A DNA stretch of 63,872 nt, counting the filler, from Collodictyon triciliatum (lineage: Eukaryota), in the NCBI GenBank assembly GCA_043381765.1. It is 9 parts of 9 records of this genome, joined end to end, with 100 filler letters (N's around TTAATTAATTAA, not from the genome) between each part and the next. Parts side by side here need not be neighbours in the genome. Positions count along the whole stretch, not along the records: positions 21,107 to 28,040 come from JBHJMP010004155.1; positions 28,141 to 35,073 come from JBHJMP010004156.1; positions 35,174 to 42,107 come from JBHJMP010004157.1; 6 more parts are not named here. One strand, 5' to 3'. Below are positions 26,950 through 41,400 of the stretch, in pieces (position 1 is the first letter of the stretch; every line of letters starts with the position of its first letter). A program made the translations under genes and the position numbers. The notes below the pieces were generated by a model. The model saw only the letters and a list, made by a program, of their open reading frames with translations. It was not told the DNA's origin and did not search any database.

Positions 26950-28040
26950 AGAGTGAGAACTGGTAAGAACATCACACTTTCTTTGTAAAACTCTTCCCAC
27001 TTACCACAACCCCAGCAGAAGAAAAGTTACTCGAAGATTGTGAATCGTACAGTATGTGGTTGTGGGGGTTTCCGTGGAACGGCTGTACTACTTGAAACCA
27101 AAGCCGCGACCCGCCGAAGGCTTCCCAAGTTGCAGCCAGTTCTTCTGGTTCCAACACTGGCGCGGAAAGACCCCGAGTTGCACGTAAGTCTAGGAAGACC
27201 CGTGCAAGGAAGCTGCCTGCAAGTCTGTCTGAGCGGACAGTATTCTTGCACGGGGTCAAGCAAGTCGTTTACAACAAGAACAAGGCCCGCAGGCTCACAG
27301 ATGCGCTCGTCTCCTTCTTGAAAGCGAACAAACTTTGGGAAGAGTCCATCCAATTGCACTTACCAGACAGCGAAGGCCTTTGCCTGATTGCCTTTTGCAC
27401 TGCAGAAAACGCCCGAAAGCTTCTGAAGCTGAAGCAGGTAAGTATGATAGATTTTACGAACAGCTCAGCATAAGTAAATCAACAGAGACCTCGGTGATGA
27501 TCTACCAACTACCGCTGAACGTGTGGCCGCAACTCCTTCGTGAGGAGCTGAAGCCGTTCAGACCAACCCACGTGGAGATCAAAAAAGGACGAACGCTTTT
27601 TCACATACACGGCCGTGGTGAAGCTTCTTTGTCACCAGAACCAGCTCCCTGCAAAGTTTACAGTCATGGGAAAAAAGTGTCCAAAGCGCATCCTCAAAGA
27701 GCGTCCGCCAGCCGCAAATAACGAACGACAAGTAAAAGCCCCGCAAAAGAATACACCCGCCAAGCAGACAGGCAGCAACGGGGTCAAGGAAGCCAAGGCC
27801 AGGCAACAACAGAGTCTGCAAGACTTACAGCAGATACGCGCATACAGCGACAGCGACGATGACATGGAAGGAAATCTCGGTTCCTCTTCAGAATCCTCGC
27901 ACTCGAGTCCTTCATCGCCAATACCGGACAAGCCCGTACATAGCAAGACCCAAGAGCAGCGCATCTCCAAACCCCGAAAGAAATCCCCCCTTAAACTACC
28001 CATTCAGACTGACGTGAATATGGTTAACATAGGAGGCCTC
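26950..28040 (+). mobile_element. 5' part of a LINE: degenerate ORF1 running into a probable AP-endonuclease start; cut by contig end
   Basis: KKSYSKIV N-terminal motif, ORF1 body shared with 3720-4478, Ser/acidic linker, then VNMVNIGGL resembling the APE start motif (.NI.GL); carries frameshifts and a stop. Confidence 0.7.
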
Positions 28041-28140
28041 NNNNNNNNNNNNNNNNNNNNNNNNNNNNNNNNNNNNNNNNNNNNTTAATTAATTAANNNN
28101 NNNNNNNNNNNNNNNNNNNNNNNNNNNNNNNNNNNNNNNN

Positions 28141-28205
<65 letters not shown>

Positions 28206-28320
28206 TTTATTTTTATCACTAAATAATGGACCAAGCACTCAAACAAACCCTGAAAATGGGTGATTGTTTGAGCGAAATTGAATCATGTGCGAATGAAATA
28301 TTGATGTCTCTTACGTTTAG

Positions 28321-29109
28321 GGAATCATTTGGTAGCTTTGGGGAGTTTCAAAAGGCATTTACTCAAGAAGGTCTTGTACACTTTGGGTCCGGGTGGGTTT
28401 GGACAGTTTGGGATGCACGCACTAAAAAGTTGGAAGGTTTGGACATCAACTAGTTTTTTTTTAAAAAAAAATCAAGGGAAAACAAAATAGTGATTAAATT
28501 TTTCTTTTTTTTTAAAGTAAACATTTCAGTAATTATATATACCTTGCCCAGTGATGTCAACACACGATGAAGAGACGCCATTGATGTTTGAAAAAACACC
28601 ACTTCTAACATGCGACTTGTGGGAACAGTGAGCCTTTCTTTTTGTGAGAGAAACCTTCACAGATTGTATTATTTTTTCGAGGGGAAAATAACAAATGAGA
28701 CTTCTATGAATACAATATTGAAATCCAATTCAGATTCAACCATCGATGTCCATAAATGATTTCATGATAATTTAAAAAAATCATCACACATACAACCACC
28801 TACATCTATTATTCCCCTCCTTTTATTACTTAGTGCCTACTATATCGACTACCGAAATCTTCGCGCAAAGGTTTGGCTCTTTTATTGCCACCCAAATTAT
28901 TCTTGATGAATGAAGCATTTGTTCAGCTGCCCATCATAAGAAATAGGAAAAAATATTATCAGATGTCAGAAACTGAGGGAAAACTGTTCTTATGCATTAA
29001 TGCTCTGACTCTACCACTGCCACAGTACATCGAGAACTGGTGGCCCCTCGCCAACTGGCAGTTCGTGTCAGAAAACCTGAGCAAAGCGCTGGCTGCATCG
29101 AAGCTTTAA
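28321..29109 (+). CDS. sodB: Iron superoxide dismutase, C-terminal half (5' lost at contig start), ends in -SKL
   Basis: SFGSFGEFQKAF...HFGSGWVW...THDEETP...PLLTCDLWEHAYYIDYRN...NWQFV...AASKL*; FGSGW and YYIDYRN favour Fe over Mn type. Confidence 0.9.
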
Positions 29110-30361
29110 GAAATAAATCCCGCATTTGGAAAGTTACTGTTGGTTTAAAACGTTTTACACAACGCGTTGGGCAGATCGCCTCGTTTCATGAATCCCAGAA
29201 ACTGCGTTCGCAGGAATCAAAGAGTGAATGCTTGTTTTGTTACCGAAGGATCAAATCGAAAAAGACAGACGAGTTGTCGTTGGTTGAATGCAATGTCCGC
29301 CAGAGTTCTTTTCGTGAGGAAGGAAAGGCCCAGACAAATTCCCGCTGTTTTCTTTTTCTTTTTCTTTTTCTTTTTCTTTTTCTTTTTCTTTTTCTTTTTC
29401 TTTTTCTTTTTCTTTTTCTTTTTCTTTTTCTTTTTCTTTTTCTTTTTCTTTTTCTTTTTCCATTTCTTTTATGAATGTCTTCTCTTCATTTCTGGCTATT
29501 GTCCAACATATTTGCTTAGAGTCGTCAGTCTTTCCTTTTCCTTGTCCACCCTAAAGCTTTCAAGCGCCATGTCTCCAAAGACAAAAGACAAATGCACACC
29601 TTTCCGCTTTGTCTCTGACCAAAAAAATAATAACTACATTTTCAATACGACAATTATCTGCGAAAGAACGTAAAAACAAAGTCGAGGCTTAACGAGATCG
29701 AAAGCAAACAAGCTTTTTTATTTCTTATAATGTCCCTGCTTATCAGAGGGGGGTTTTTTTTTCACCTATCTTATGATATTCGATGACTCGCTCGTGGTTA
29801 GCTTCTCTGGCAACTCAGAAAATCGACCCACTCAACCGAAGGGAACCAAAGGGTTTCTCCTCAGCCACACGACCCACTCGAGTCAACGCGCCACCTAAGC
29901 AACGCGTGTTCCCAGTCCCCAAGGTTTTCTTTTGCATACTTTATCATGATTCATGCGTTAGGCTCAGAGTTTTCTCGTTTCAATGCAAAGTATAGAAAAG
30001 AGTTAAAAAGAAGAAAGAAAAGGCCGAAAAAATGTAGCTATGCATGTGGGGGTGTGATTAGAGCCCGCATTATATGGGATGATACTATACAGAATAGAAT
30101 GAAAATGATAGCTCCTAGAGCCAGGTCTTAATGGTTATCGTGTCAACTCCCTTACCAAAATATCTGCAATCCCGCCTGAAAAATGTGATGCTAGGACTTG
30201 AATACAAAACCAAGGAAAATAATATAGGGGCAAAAGAAAGAGAACATAGCAAATCATACTGACTAAAAAATACTTTTATTTCACCTTTCATTTTCATAAA
30301 ACGAACCACACGAATATCCACCCAACTGTACCGACAAAAGCCTCCCACTCGCATCCGAGCC

Positions 30362-30822
30362 ATGGCCGATACACAAACGCGCTACAACAGCAGAGACCAT
30401 CCCGCATATGCGTCCGGAAGCAGCAACACAGCACACTACGCATTATCAGCAAACCAAGGCCGCCTTCGAACAACATCGCCTGGTGCTGCCTCGAATCCGC
30501 AGTCTTCGGCATCGTTTCTCTCTGGCGGCCGCTCCCCGGCTTTTCAGACAAAGGAGGCGTCTTTGTTGTACTCGAATAGTACTGCACAAACAACATCATC
30601 ACGGGTTCGAAATCTATCGCAGACTCCATCATCCATTCCGCCGCCCCCGAGTGGGGCAGCTCCAACTCTGCCGCTATCAAGTTCAGGCTCAAAGCCGCGC
30701 AGCACTTCGACAAATTCGCCTCGCATAGTTGCTCACTCAACACCTGCTATAGAAGGTGTTTATATATCTAACCATGTCTTTGTTTATTTCTTCCTGTAGA
30801 TTTCGCTTAATCGCATCAAGCA

Positions 30823-30870
<48 letters not shown>

Positions 30871-33800
30871 CAGTGCCTCAAGCATGCGTCTCTTTTCTTA
30901 AAAATTTTGTTAATTTATTTGATATTATCACTTTCAAATAAAGTTGCTTCTTGAAGATTGTCCCCTTGTTTTCAGCCGCTGTTAGTTTTCGTCATTATCG
31001 TATTATCCTCACTGGATTTGCTCCCCATACACTCATTTATATTTTTTGTCGTACAGCAAGCCGTAGGCCATCACTTAACCGGGATACCTCACCTTACCGC
31101 CCGGGTAACTTGTTTATTCCCGCACTGCACAGCAGTTCCATGATTCATAGGATATTTTTCATGCAAAAGTCATACATAGAGAATATTAAATCATATTACA
31201 CACAGATAACTCCCCTTTTTTTTGTTTTATTTTTTTCGCATAGCTCTGTTGTTTTAAGCTAGCTAGCGATAATCACACTCGAATTTCATATATATATAAA
31301 CATTATTATTAAGATACTTCTTGTCCGCTCACCCGCTAACTCAATACCCTGAATCCAAACCAGTGGTGCCTTCCTCTAGCCAAGCTGCCAATTCTGCAAA
31401 TATGATCGGAGTGTCTTTTCCAACCATCTCATCCACCAACCCTGGAACTTCAGCAAATCGTTCACACAGCTCCCTTTCAAAATCTTCATCCAACTCCAAC
31501 CTTCAAGCAAACTACACACTTGCGGTCTCAAACACAAACACATCTGCGCTACACGCATCTGTTTCGTCCGCTCATCCACCAGGGAATTTAAATACTTCGA
31601 CGAGTCAAGTCACCCAAAGCACAAGTTCGTCTTCCCTTGGACAATCAAACTCACCGTCCAATCCTCGCTCCCCGTCATTTAATTCCCCGACTTCTGCCCA
31701 AAAAACATCAGCAAATATCAACTCTGTGTCATCGACAAAGGCATACAGCGGACCAACACGTGGGTTGGTTGGGCTACAAAATCTTGGAAATACTGTAATG
31801 TATTCGCGCCAGAAATTAACCAAGATAACCAACCGTCCTTGTTCGTTCGATTTATATCTGTTAATCAATTGAGAGCTCGTCATTCATAAATACATGGCAA
31901 AACAATTTTCCTGACTTTTATTTACTACCAATCTAGTGTTTCATGAATTCTGCCCTTCAGTGCCTCTTCAACACACCGCCGATTATTCGGTATTTTCTCA
32001 GTGATAAAGTCGAAAGTGAGGTGAATACAAAGTCAAGTTCTGGAGGTGAAATAGCCTTAGGTATATTGACTCTTTAAATGCTTCGCATAACACTTTTTAA
32101 ACCCACATAGTATATCGTTATTTCTTGTGGTGTATTTAGTTCATTTCTTTTCATTACAGCTTTTCGGGATTTAATTAAGGGTGGGTGGTTGGAAAGAAGT
32201 CAAGGTATGAAGAGATTTTTTTCCATTTTTTTTTTTTTGCCTGTCCCTAACTAATTACCTAGAATTTTGCTGAATTTCTCTGCAATTGGAGTCTTGATAT
32301 TCCTAATGACTCTCATGCAAAAAGGTCCGCTCAGCCCAGTTCGCTTTAAACGTGAGGTTGGACGCTACGCACCCCGATTCATGGGTTATAGGTAAAATAC
32401 TTTCCAATGGCTCTGGTGTTTTTTTTTTTCTCAATCAACTGCATGTTCTGTTGACCATATGTTGAGTAATTGATTCTATCATCTGCTGTTTATACCCTTT
32501 CTTAATGCAACATTGCCTGTCAGCCAACAAGATGCACACGAATTCTTGAGGTTCCTTCTGGATGGATTGCATAGTGATCTGAACAGGTTATATTGCATAT
32601 TCATTTCTTTTAAGATAAAAATGGAAAAAGAAGAACCTAGTCTAATCTGTGAACTCGAAAATGGTTATTAACTTGATTTATCATTTGACTTGAAACAGAG
32701 TTCGCACGAAACAGCAGTACATTGAGCGAAAAGACGACGACGATATGGAGGACGAGAAAAAGGCGTCTATCTATTGGGGCGACTACCTTCGCTTCAACAA
32801 TAGCGTCATTATAGATATATTTTGTGGACAACTAAAGAGCTGTGTGCGGTGCGATACTTGCAGCCATAAATCAGCATGCTTTGACCCATTCCTCGATCTT
32901 TCGATTCCCATCCCGAAGGTTCTAAAAAGAAATTACATAGTTTATCATCTCTCAGCTGGTGATTGTTTTGACCACCACACTTTGCGGTGTGTTAGTTTCT
33001 GAATAATCTTTTTGCCTGTAGACGAAGTCATCGCTACGAGAGAGATTTAGTCGCAGTTCTGACAGGTTGGTTATACTTCCAGGTGTGCGCATGAAAAAGA
33101 TACTGTAATTTTCTTCAAGATGAATGAATAAATAAGTGTAAAATATTAGTAATTATTTCTTCGCAGAGACTGCAATCTGTCTGATTGTTTGAACGAATTT
33201 ATGAAAGAAGAAATCCTTGATGGAGACGAAAAGTTTGTCGTGAATTACAAAGAGTTTATACCTGACCAAGTGTTTCATGTTTAACATTTTCTTAATCAGT
33301 GATATCACCAACCAGGTATAATTGCAACAAATGTAAGAGAAGGCAGCGGTCAATTAAGAAAATCACAGTTTGGAGATTACCTCACATCCTTGTCATTCGT
33401 ATCCGATATGCCTTGTTCCGAGAAAAGGGATTTGGGCCCCAATTACATGATTCTTATTTTTTTTCTTTCAGAATATGTGTCTATAGTTTACATGTTTTGA
33501 AATTCTCCTTAACCCACTCTTTCTGCTGAAAGATTTGAAGCGATTTTCAAACAATATGGCGTATTGCGACAAGGTGTCCACAGAGGTTTCATTTCCAGTT
33601 CGTAACTTTGACCTCTCACCGTTTGTTGACCCACGCGCCCCATCACAAGGTGTGTGTAAATGAATTCAGATCATATAAATCTTAATAATAGTAATAGTAA
33701 GTGTGATTATAACCCCTGACAAATGTAAATCGATGGTGTATTCTTAAGGTAGCGCATTATTTGACCTTATTGGAGTTTCGATTCACTCTGGGTCTCTGAT

Positions 33801-34213
33801 GGGTGGGCACTATACCGCGTAAGAAAATGATAAACTAGAAATAGATCATTAATCCGAGCACACGGAGTGAATTCTCTGGAATATTCTCGATAAACAAAAA
33901 ACGCCGTGATGAGGGTTTATTTATTGATGGGGTTAATGACTGATATAGAAACTGTCTGAACATGGATGATAATCAGTGGTATTGCTTCAACGATGGGTAT
34001 TATTCCGATAAACTTATCATACCTGGAGTGTCACTTAATGATAACACATCATCCGAATATCGTTCATTAACATCCCATCCCACATTTCTTTTCACTAATT
34101 ACCATGATGAACCAACATATCAATTTGTGTGCAGCCGTGTATCTTTATCCGGAGAATCCGGGCTCCAAGGGTCAGGGCCCTACATCCTATTCTATAAGCG
34201 ACAGACTACGTAG
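30362..34213 (+). CDS. Ubiquitin-specific protease (USP2/8/21-like) with Ser-rich N-terminus, multi-exon, complete
   Basis: Cys box [47 protein letters not shown], His box [24 protein letters not shown]. Confidence 0.93.
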
Positions 34214-34320
34214 TCTTTTGTGCTTTTGTAAACAGTCTCAACCACTGTGTTTGCTAGAGCATTCGTTGTCGACTAATCTTCATTGTCAACACCCACCAAA
34301 GTATTCCAAAAGTTTCTTCA

Positions 34321-34620
34321 ACCTTGTTTCCTCCAAACCTCCCTAACAAACAAAAAAATCTCATCCAACGCCCGCAACTCGTTATCAACTTGTAAAAGTA
34401 CTGGAATATTAATGCATATTTTATCTGTCATCATTTTGGCGGTTTCCACACCGCACAATCTTTCGTTCTTCGACGTCCCCTCTCGGACCCTCCTTCCCCC
34501 TCCCAGCTACTCTCTTAGCCCCACTGGTAAATACCTTAATATTTGCTGGAGCAATCAACCCTGTATTGACATAAAGCCATCACGCCAGCAGACTCCTTCG
34601 CGAAGTGATTATCGCTGTTG
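34321..34620 (-). CDS. Probable 3' exons of an unidentified gene convergent with the deubiquitinase
   Basis: AG-flanked exon LLQVDNELRALDEIFLFVREVWRKQG*; no family recognised. Confidence 0.3.
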
Positions 34621-34996
34621 ATTTCGTCCTTGTGTCTCGAAAATGTTTCAGAAAGGGAAACCAATCATGCGAATTAAGTGAGAATCGGTGTACAATAAAT
34701 CCGTCTTTCTCTGAACGAGTGGCGCTTTATGCTCGAAAAAACCTTTTTCAGCTGAAAGGGATGTGATGGACATGTCACGCCCAAAGGCCAACCAAACACT
34801 CTTCTTTGTTCTGTGTCCTTGCTGAAAAACCATCGCCCCAAACTGCTGGGGTTTCTTGGAGTCTAAAAGAAATACCAGTAGGGGCAGGGAGGCTCAAGCT
34901 ATTTTGTGACCTGTACCTTTCCTTCCATCTTCATGAATTATTTGTCCCTTTATTTTCTTTCTTTGTCTTTTTTTCTTTGTTTTCTTAGTTTTCTTT

Positions 34997-35058
<62 letters not shown>

Positions 35059-35173
35059 CTTTTTTTTTTTTTTNNNNNNNNNNNNNNNNNNNNNNNNNNN
35101 NNNNNNNNNNNNNNNNNTTAATTAATTAANNNNNNNNNNNNNNNNNNNNNNNNNNNNNNNNNNNNNNNNNNNN

Positions 35174-36890
35174 CGTTGAACCCTCCGTGAACATCATCTC
35201 GAATTTTTCCATCACACCCACTTCCAGGGTCACCATTTAGAAGACAAGGACTATTTCACTCATATAATTATTTATTGGGTAAAAAGGAAGATAAAACATG
35301 AGAAATATCATATCGTTCATTAACAAACGAAAAACGAAAATTTGGATGGTTTGTGGCAAACAGAGCAGACATCAAAGAGCTTTTTAATCAACCTGAGGAA
35401 ATCTGATGTTTCATCGACTTCATTTGTGACTGTATATTTTCCGGCTGTGGGGTGGTCCGGCTGATGGGAGGTCCAGCTTGGAGAGACCTGAGCGATAGCG
35501 TGTCAATTCTTCCATGGTTTGAAATAGGATGATTATAGAATATTGTCAAAATATTTAATCAAATGGGTGCTTACCTCATCAACACTGATAGTATTCTTTC
35601 GAATATCAACGTTCATTCCGGCAGAGAACACAATTATTCCTTTTTCATGAATATAATTTATCCATACCATAACAACGTTAAAATAAAATATTTTTACATA
35701 TGATTACATGAGAAAACTAGCACTATTTAAAGAAGATTTTATTATTATAATCCCATCACTATCACTCATTCCTTTTATCATATGATTTTACTCTTCGACT
35801 CTTTTGATTCTTAATTATTAAACTATTTATTTATCTGCATATGTCATCAAAACAACTTCATGAAAACCAGTCACAAAAATGATAATAATTCAGATGGACA
35901 TCAATATTCATATTTTCGTTCATTCCTCTTCATATATAAATTCAGTAAAATGTCGAGTAATTTCATTATCGTGTCTGCATGTTTCCTGATGAACATCCTA
36001 CGACGATATGTGTCATGAATGATCGAAATAATGTAAAAAAAGCTATTGAATGAATTAAAAATAATATTGAATAGTAGGATACAGGGAAATAACCTGATGG
36101 CTTCTTTTTAAGCTGAGCACATGCCGATATGGATAATATTAGTTGTTTGTCCTTTGTTTTTTAATGCGGCATGCGAACCAGGAAAGGATATTGATAACGT
36201 GAGCAACTATTTCCATTTGCACATTTGGACCATAATGCTATGAATGCATACGTGTCTTATTGTATTAGATGTAAACGACACACTACTGCCAATCATACCT
36301 TAGTATCCGTTACAGTGAAGTCCTGAAAGTGCATCTTCATCGGAAATAATATATATACATGGACTCACCGAGTGAAAAAAAAAACAAGTTTAAAGTTTAT
36401 CAAGCCATCAACTCATAGAACAAATCAGCAGAGCGCTAAGAGTGTGCTACAATGAATACATAAACAAGGAGTTGCAGATATAGACCTTAAAAAATATCAA
36501 AAGGGTGAATGAAAGATGATTCATTGATACCTGATTTGGTATATTCCAGAAAAGGATATTGTTGATCCAGTCTTCTGCACGTCTCGTCTCCCATATGATT
36601 TCGTTTTCAGTTTGCCAGAATACCTTTTTCGTACTTACTTGTTTGAGAGGGAGGGGGAGGAGGGAGGGTGGTTTTGGGGTTTGATAAATCTGCACCTACA
36701 CAAAAAGAAAAGGAAAAACAGAAGAAAAATCCAGTCAAATCGTGTCAATAAAATTCAGTCTGATATATATAATCACAATCATTGCGCGCATCCAACAACC
36801 GAAAGCTCCTTACTATTTGTAATCACTGGGAAAGAACCATGGTCACGATTTGTGGGATGGAGATGAGCTGCTGTCGAGTCCGCAGTTGCA
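35174..36890 (-). CDS. Multi-exon hypothetical protein, truncated at contig start
   Basis: GT-AG exons join in phase, e.g. VSPSWTSHQPDHPTAGKYTVTNEVDETSDFLS-PCLLNGDPGSGCDGKIRDDVHGG; no family recognised. Confidence 0.45.
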
Positions 36891-37844
36891 ATCCAGTCGG
36901 GGAAGGGGTGGTACATGGTATGCGGCAAACTGTGACAAGGTGTTTTCGTGCGGACATGGATAGTTCAGCGATAATTTTTGATATTACATATGAATGACAG
37001 AAATCTAATGTAATACTCCCAGCATGATGAACTAGTCCTTTTGCGACCGTGTATTTATGATATCTCATTTAAGTAAATAAACGAATAATAGAATTTTATT
37101 TTAGTAGAATAATATTATATAAATTGAATATATTATGGTTTTGATTATGAATTTTGAAGTGTTCTTATGCGCAGTCATCGTGGCGTGTGAATTCTATTTT
37201 TAAAATACAGATCATACTGCAAGACATTTTAATAATCGCTTATCGGAGCATTTTTAATGGAAAAAGTTTACAAGAATGATATCTGGTGCACAAATTATAG
37301 AATTTATAAATCTTAATCGATCACTAAATAGAATTACCTGCATCGTAGCTCAAGATACAACGAAATTTTATAAAATTATTTGATTATTTTTATTTGAAAA
37401 GAACATTAAGAGACTTACTTGACTCACACAACAACACACCCACACCCCACAATTCGATACGTAGACCATATCTTCAAAGCATCGGAAAAACTAGGAGCCG
37501 TCCACCCAACCACCCCTCCCCCCTCGGTAGTAGCAGCAGAATAAACAGTTCCCTTTCCCTTGGCTGTTTTGTCTCATGTCCTTTAATGGTTTCCTCTTTG
37601 ATTTAAAAGTAAAATTATTTACTAGAATATATATTTTAAAATTTGGGTTTTAATTCGGTTAAAAAAATATCATTCATTTTTCGGTGAATTAAGAATTGTC
37701 TGGATGGATTCTAGTTGTGGGTGGCCTATGGATGAATGGCATGGTGAATAGATGGGAACGAATGATCTGATACATCAGTTGTTACTTTATCGTTAAACAC
37801 TGATATTCATAACCTGCTGTTCAGTAGCCATCGCATTTAACCAG

Positions 37845-38400
37845 AGTCAATTTAAGGATATCTCGCTAACCTTCTCTAAACCCATGTTCAGTAGACGCAA
37901 CTAATGTACAAAAATTAAATTCCTATTTAAATCATGTAAATAACAAAAATATGATTTCATAATATATTTATTGTAATCTGTATTTTTTTACCGTTTCGTT
38001 GATAGAGAACTTCTGAAGCGTAAGACTTCCAGAGAAAAAAAGGCTAGCCCAAATTAAAACATCTGAAGCATACATTCAACTAATCAGTAATATTAATAAA
38101 AAAATTTTTGAAATCATCCAAGTTGACATGAACTCTATCATAATAACTCATAAACGGATATCTTACCTCGTTGTATAAAATTATCTGATATCTGAGTACT
38201 TTTCGTAGAAAAAACGTAGGTACCTTTATGTGCTATGTATCCAATGGTTAATTCTTTGATGATAAGTTGCAACTTTGAATCTGATAAAATCCACATTCTT
38301 TAATATTTCATAGAAAGACTGAATAGAATGAAAATATCTTTGAATATGAGATAAAACTACAACCTGGTATGAGGCAGATACGAATACCAAAGGCTCTTAA
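37845..38400 (-). CDS. Terminal exons of an unknown gene or pseudogene
   Basis: Three GT-AG exons give a ~78-codon open spliced frame (SKLQLIIKELTIGY...DVLIWASLFF...LRLLNMGLEKVSEISLN*); upstream exons do not join without stops. Confidence 0.35.
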
Positions 38401-41400
38401 TTTGGAGTTTCCCGTCAATTAATGATCTAATAATGCAATTTTTCAATACAATACTGAACTAATCTGGGTCTTTCTTGTGTTTCAAATACTAAACTCAGTC
38501 CAATTTAACCTCTCGAATGATTAGGATACCTGACTATGCGATGTGAATCCTCAAAATGCAAAGATTAAATCTCTTCTCATAGAAAACGTACAGCGAGCCA
38601 CAAAGTATAGACTTCTGAATCTACAGGCCTAATATTTTGACTTATATCAGCGTATGTCCGACTGTTGAATACAAGAAAAATTAAGAAAATTGGTACAGGC
38701 CACAATAATGTCGGACACGCACATACCCTGTCTTCTAATCAGAAAATCAAGGACTTATGGCACTAGGTTACTTGGAACTTAAATTCTGCTGTTTAACAAT
38801 TTGAGTCGGTTTGATTTTTAACATCTTTGAATATCACCCTTTTCGATGACATTACTTTGTGGATGTCTCTAAAAAACTGCTCTTTGGTGATGCTTTCAAA
38901 TCTTTAAATTGCATGTTGAGCTTGTATTCAAGCCATTTTCGATGCGGCTATGGAGTTCTTTGTGCCCCACTTTACAGTTCAAATTGCTGGCTCATGGCTC
39001 AAAAGATATCAGCGATATTTTCCTTTCAATAATTCATCAAAATCTTCTTACAACTTGATAAATTCACTAATTGCTGGTGAGCTCACAATGAATAAATTGG
39101 GCCAAAATCCTGTTCGAAATACAGAGGGCTTGTCACATACGAGCCATATGACTTCACTATGTTAACATTTCGTATGTTTCTGATTCTTGGAATATTTTAA
39201 GGATTATATCACAAACATATTGCCATATCCTTCAAACAATATTTTTTCTTGTTTACTGACACTCGAAGATGCGTAAAATCTTCTTATTTTCGTAGAATTG
39301 ACAAGACATCAAGATGACTGCTACACTGATGTCCAATATTCGACAGTTTCATGTGGTTCTTTTACAATGTTTCCATACTTTTAGAGACAATAGTTTCTTC
39401 AACCAAAGAAACAACAGGAGAATATCAGATTATAATCTGAATAGAATTACTCCTAAGCATGTTCTTAATTTCATGCACTAATCATTAACCACATCTCATA
39501 TCTTTCCATTTTCATGATATGTATGTCAAACTTCTGCTCGCCAATTCAGGTTAATGTCATTACATTGAAGAACCAAAAATTTTCATTCTATAATTATGAT
39601 TGGTCAGTAAAGGCCTTTGTATAGCTTTGATATTAAATTATAATTGTCCGTTAAAGTGATTTCTATCAGCTATTGAGCCAGATTGATTTTTCATATCATA
39701 AACATTAAAGAAAGCTAAGTTTCATAATGCCCAAACTGCTGGATGCCCATTTTAGAAAGAATTGCACCCAACTGAGCCAAAAAAATTTCATGTCCAGATA
39801 CTTATGAATGCTTGTTCAATTTTTTGTTGGTTCTGGGCTTATTAGGTGTAATATGAAGTCAACAGTTATTACATCTTGTCGTTTCATTATTTTGGGGCTT
39901 ATGGATTGTCTAACTAGAAATTGGTAATTTAGTGGATGCAACGATGAGAACATTCATGCGTCCATTCTTCATACTTCTTTCTATTGCACCTTCATTAGCC
40001 AAATCGGAGTGTGGTTCGTCCTATTAGAAAATACTACTATGCATTATTACATATATTTTTAACATAATATTTTAAAAGGTTAAAACAATCATAGTGCTAA
40101 GTGAATAATTCTTTGAACAGCATATACACACCAAGCATAGTATTGGACTGGAATACAATTATAGAAGGTGAAATGAATTAAAAATTGCCCCATCACTACT
40201 GTTTGAGTCGCCTAATCGTGCTATGCACAACTGTTAATGATTTGTATTTAGATACTTGGGATCTTAATAATTGTGGCCAGTGGCTCTAGAATCATTCTGA
40301 CTTAAAAAGTGGAAGAAATCGCATTTCTATTCGATTACATATTTTTGTTTCCACATCACTTTGACATTTGTGGAAATTTACTGATGAATTATTGATATGT
40401 GCAGGGGTGTTTTTTGCTTTGACTTCTTAATTCCATTCTTGATGAGATCTTTTCAATGGAATTAGACAAGAATTTGGTTTCTGAGCAACAAGTGCTTTGC
40501 CCGATAATGAAATTCCGTAACATTCATATTCTAAGTATTCAACCAACATGAACAGCTTAAGGATTTTAATTTTGCTTTAATAGCTGTCTTGTTTGCATTA
40601 AATATTTAGCGCACGTCGATTAAATGTCGAAGTTTCGTAAATTCACTGCCTTTGTGGGGCTGGAAATTCAATATGAAAGGCTTCGTCCAATTTTAGTTTC
40701 CGAGACGATTGTACTTGATGGAGATTGTATTATTGTTGGCCGTCAATTGTATCTGATAAAAAACGAATTTTCTGTCATTTTGCTTAACTCGATGTTTGCA
40801 AAGGTTTTTTTTTTGCTCTATCCACTTTTGTTTAATTTCATTGAAAAAAATCTTAAATTTAAACAGAATTCAAAGAAATAGATAATATTTTGTATAAAAA
40901 TCTCACCTTTTTTCCAAATGCCTAGTCGTGTCATTATTTTTGGCATAGAATTTTCGTAACCAATCCTCTTAAAAACATCGAAAACAACAAAGGGCATGTG
41001 AATAAATTATGCCTCTAGTAAAGTCATATCTACAGTTCACAACTGTACTACTCATGGTGCGTAAGATGCATAAGAATAGACCGACAGAATATGCCCTTAC
41101 TTTAAAAATATCTGCCCATTGGCTGTGCGGTGAGCAATGACGTTGATTAAAAATTTAAACTTTCAATCAAAAAATGAACTCTGTTATTTGTTCATCATTG
41201 ATGAAAATAATGTGTGAGTTAAGGGAGAAAGTTCATGTAATAGACCAATATGGCCCATAGATGTGCAAGACATGACTGAATATTCACGATTTCATGGTAC
41301 AATCCAGTGTTTTTGTTGATTCAGGTTTCATCACATCACTTTCTGTTCATGTAAATCAAAAGAGACTTTTTCTTTTGGCTAAACGTATAAAAGCCTCATG

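Noticed and set aside
33906-33943. GTGATGA...CTGA box C/D-like motif in a deubiquitinase intron
   Set aside because: Too short (~38 nt), with no terminal stem or recognisable guide.
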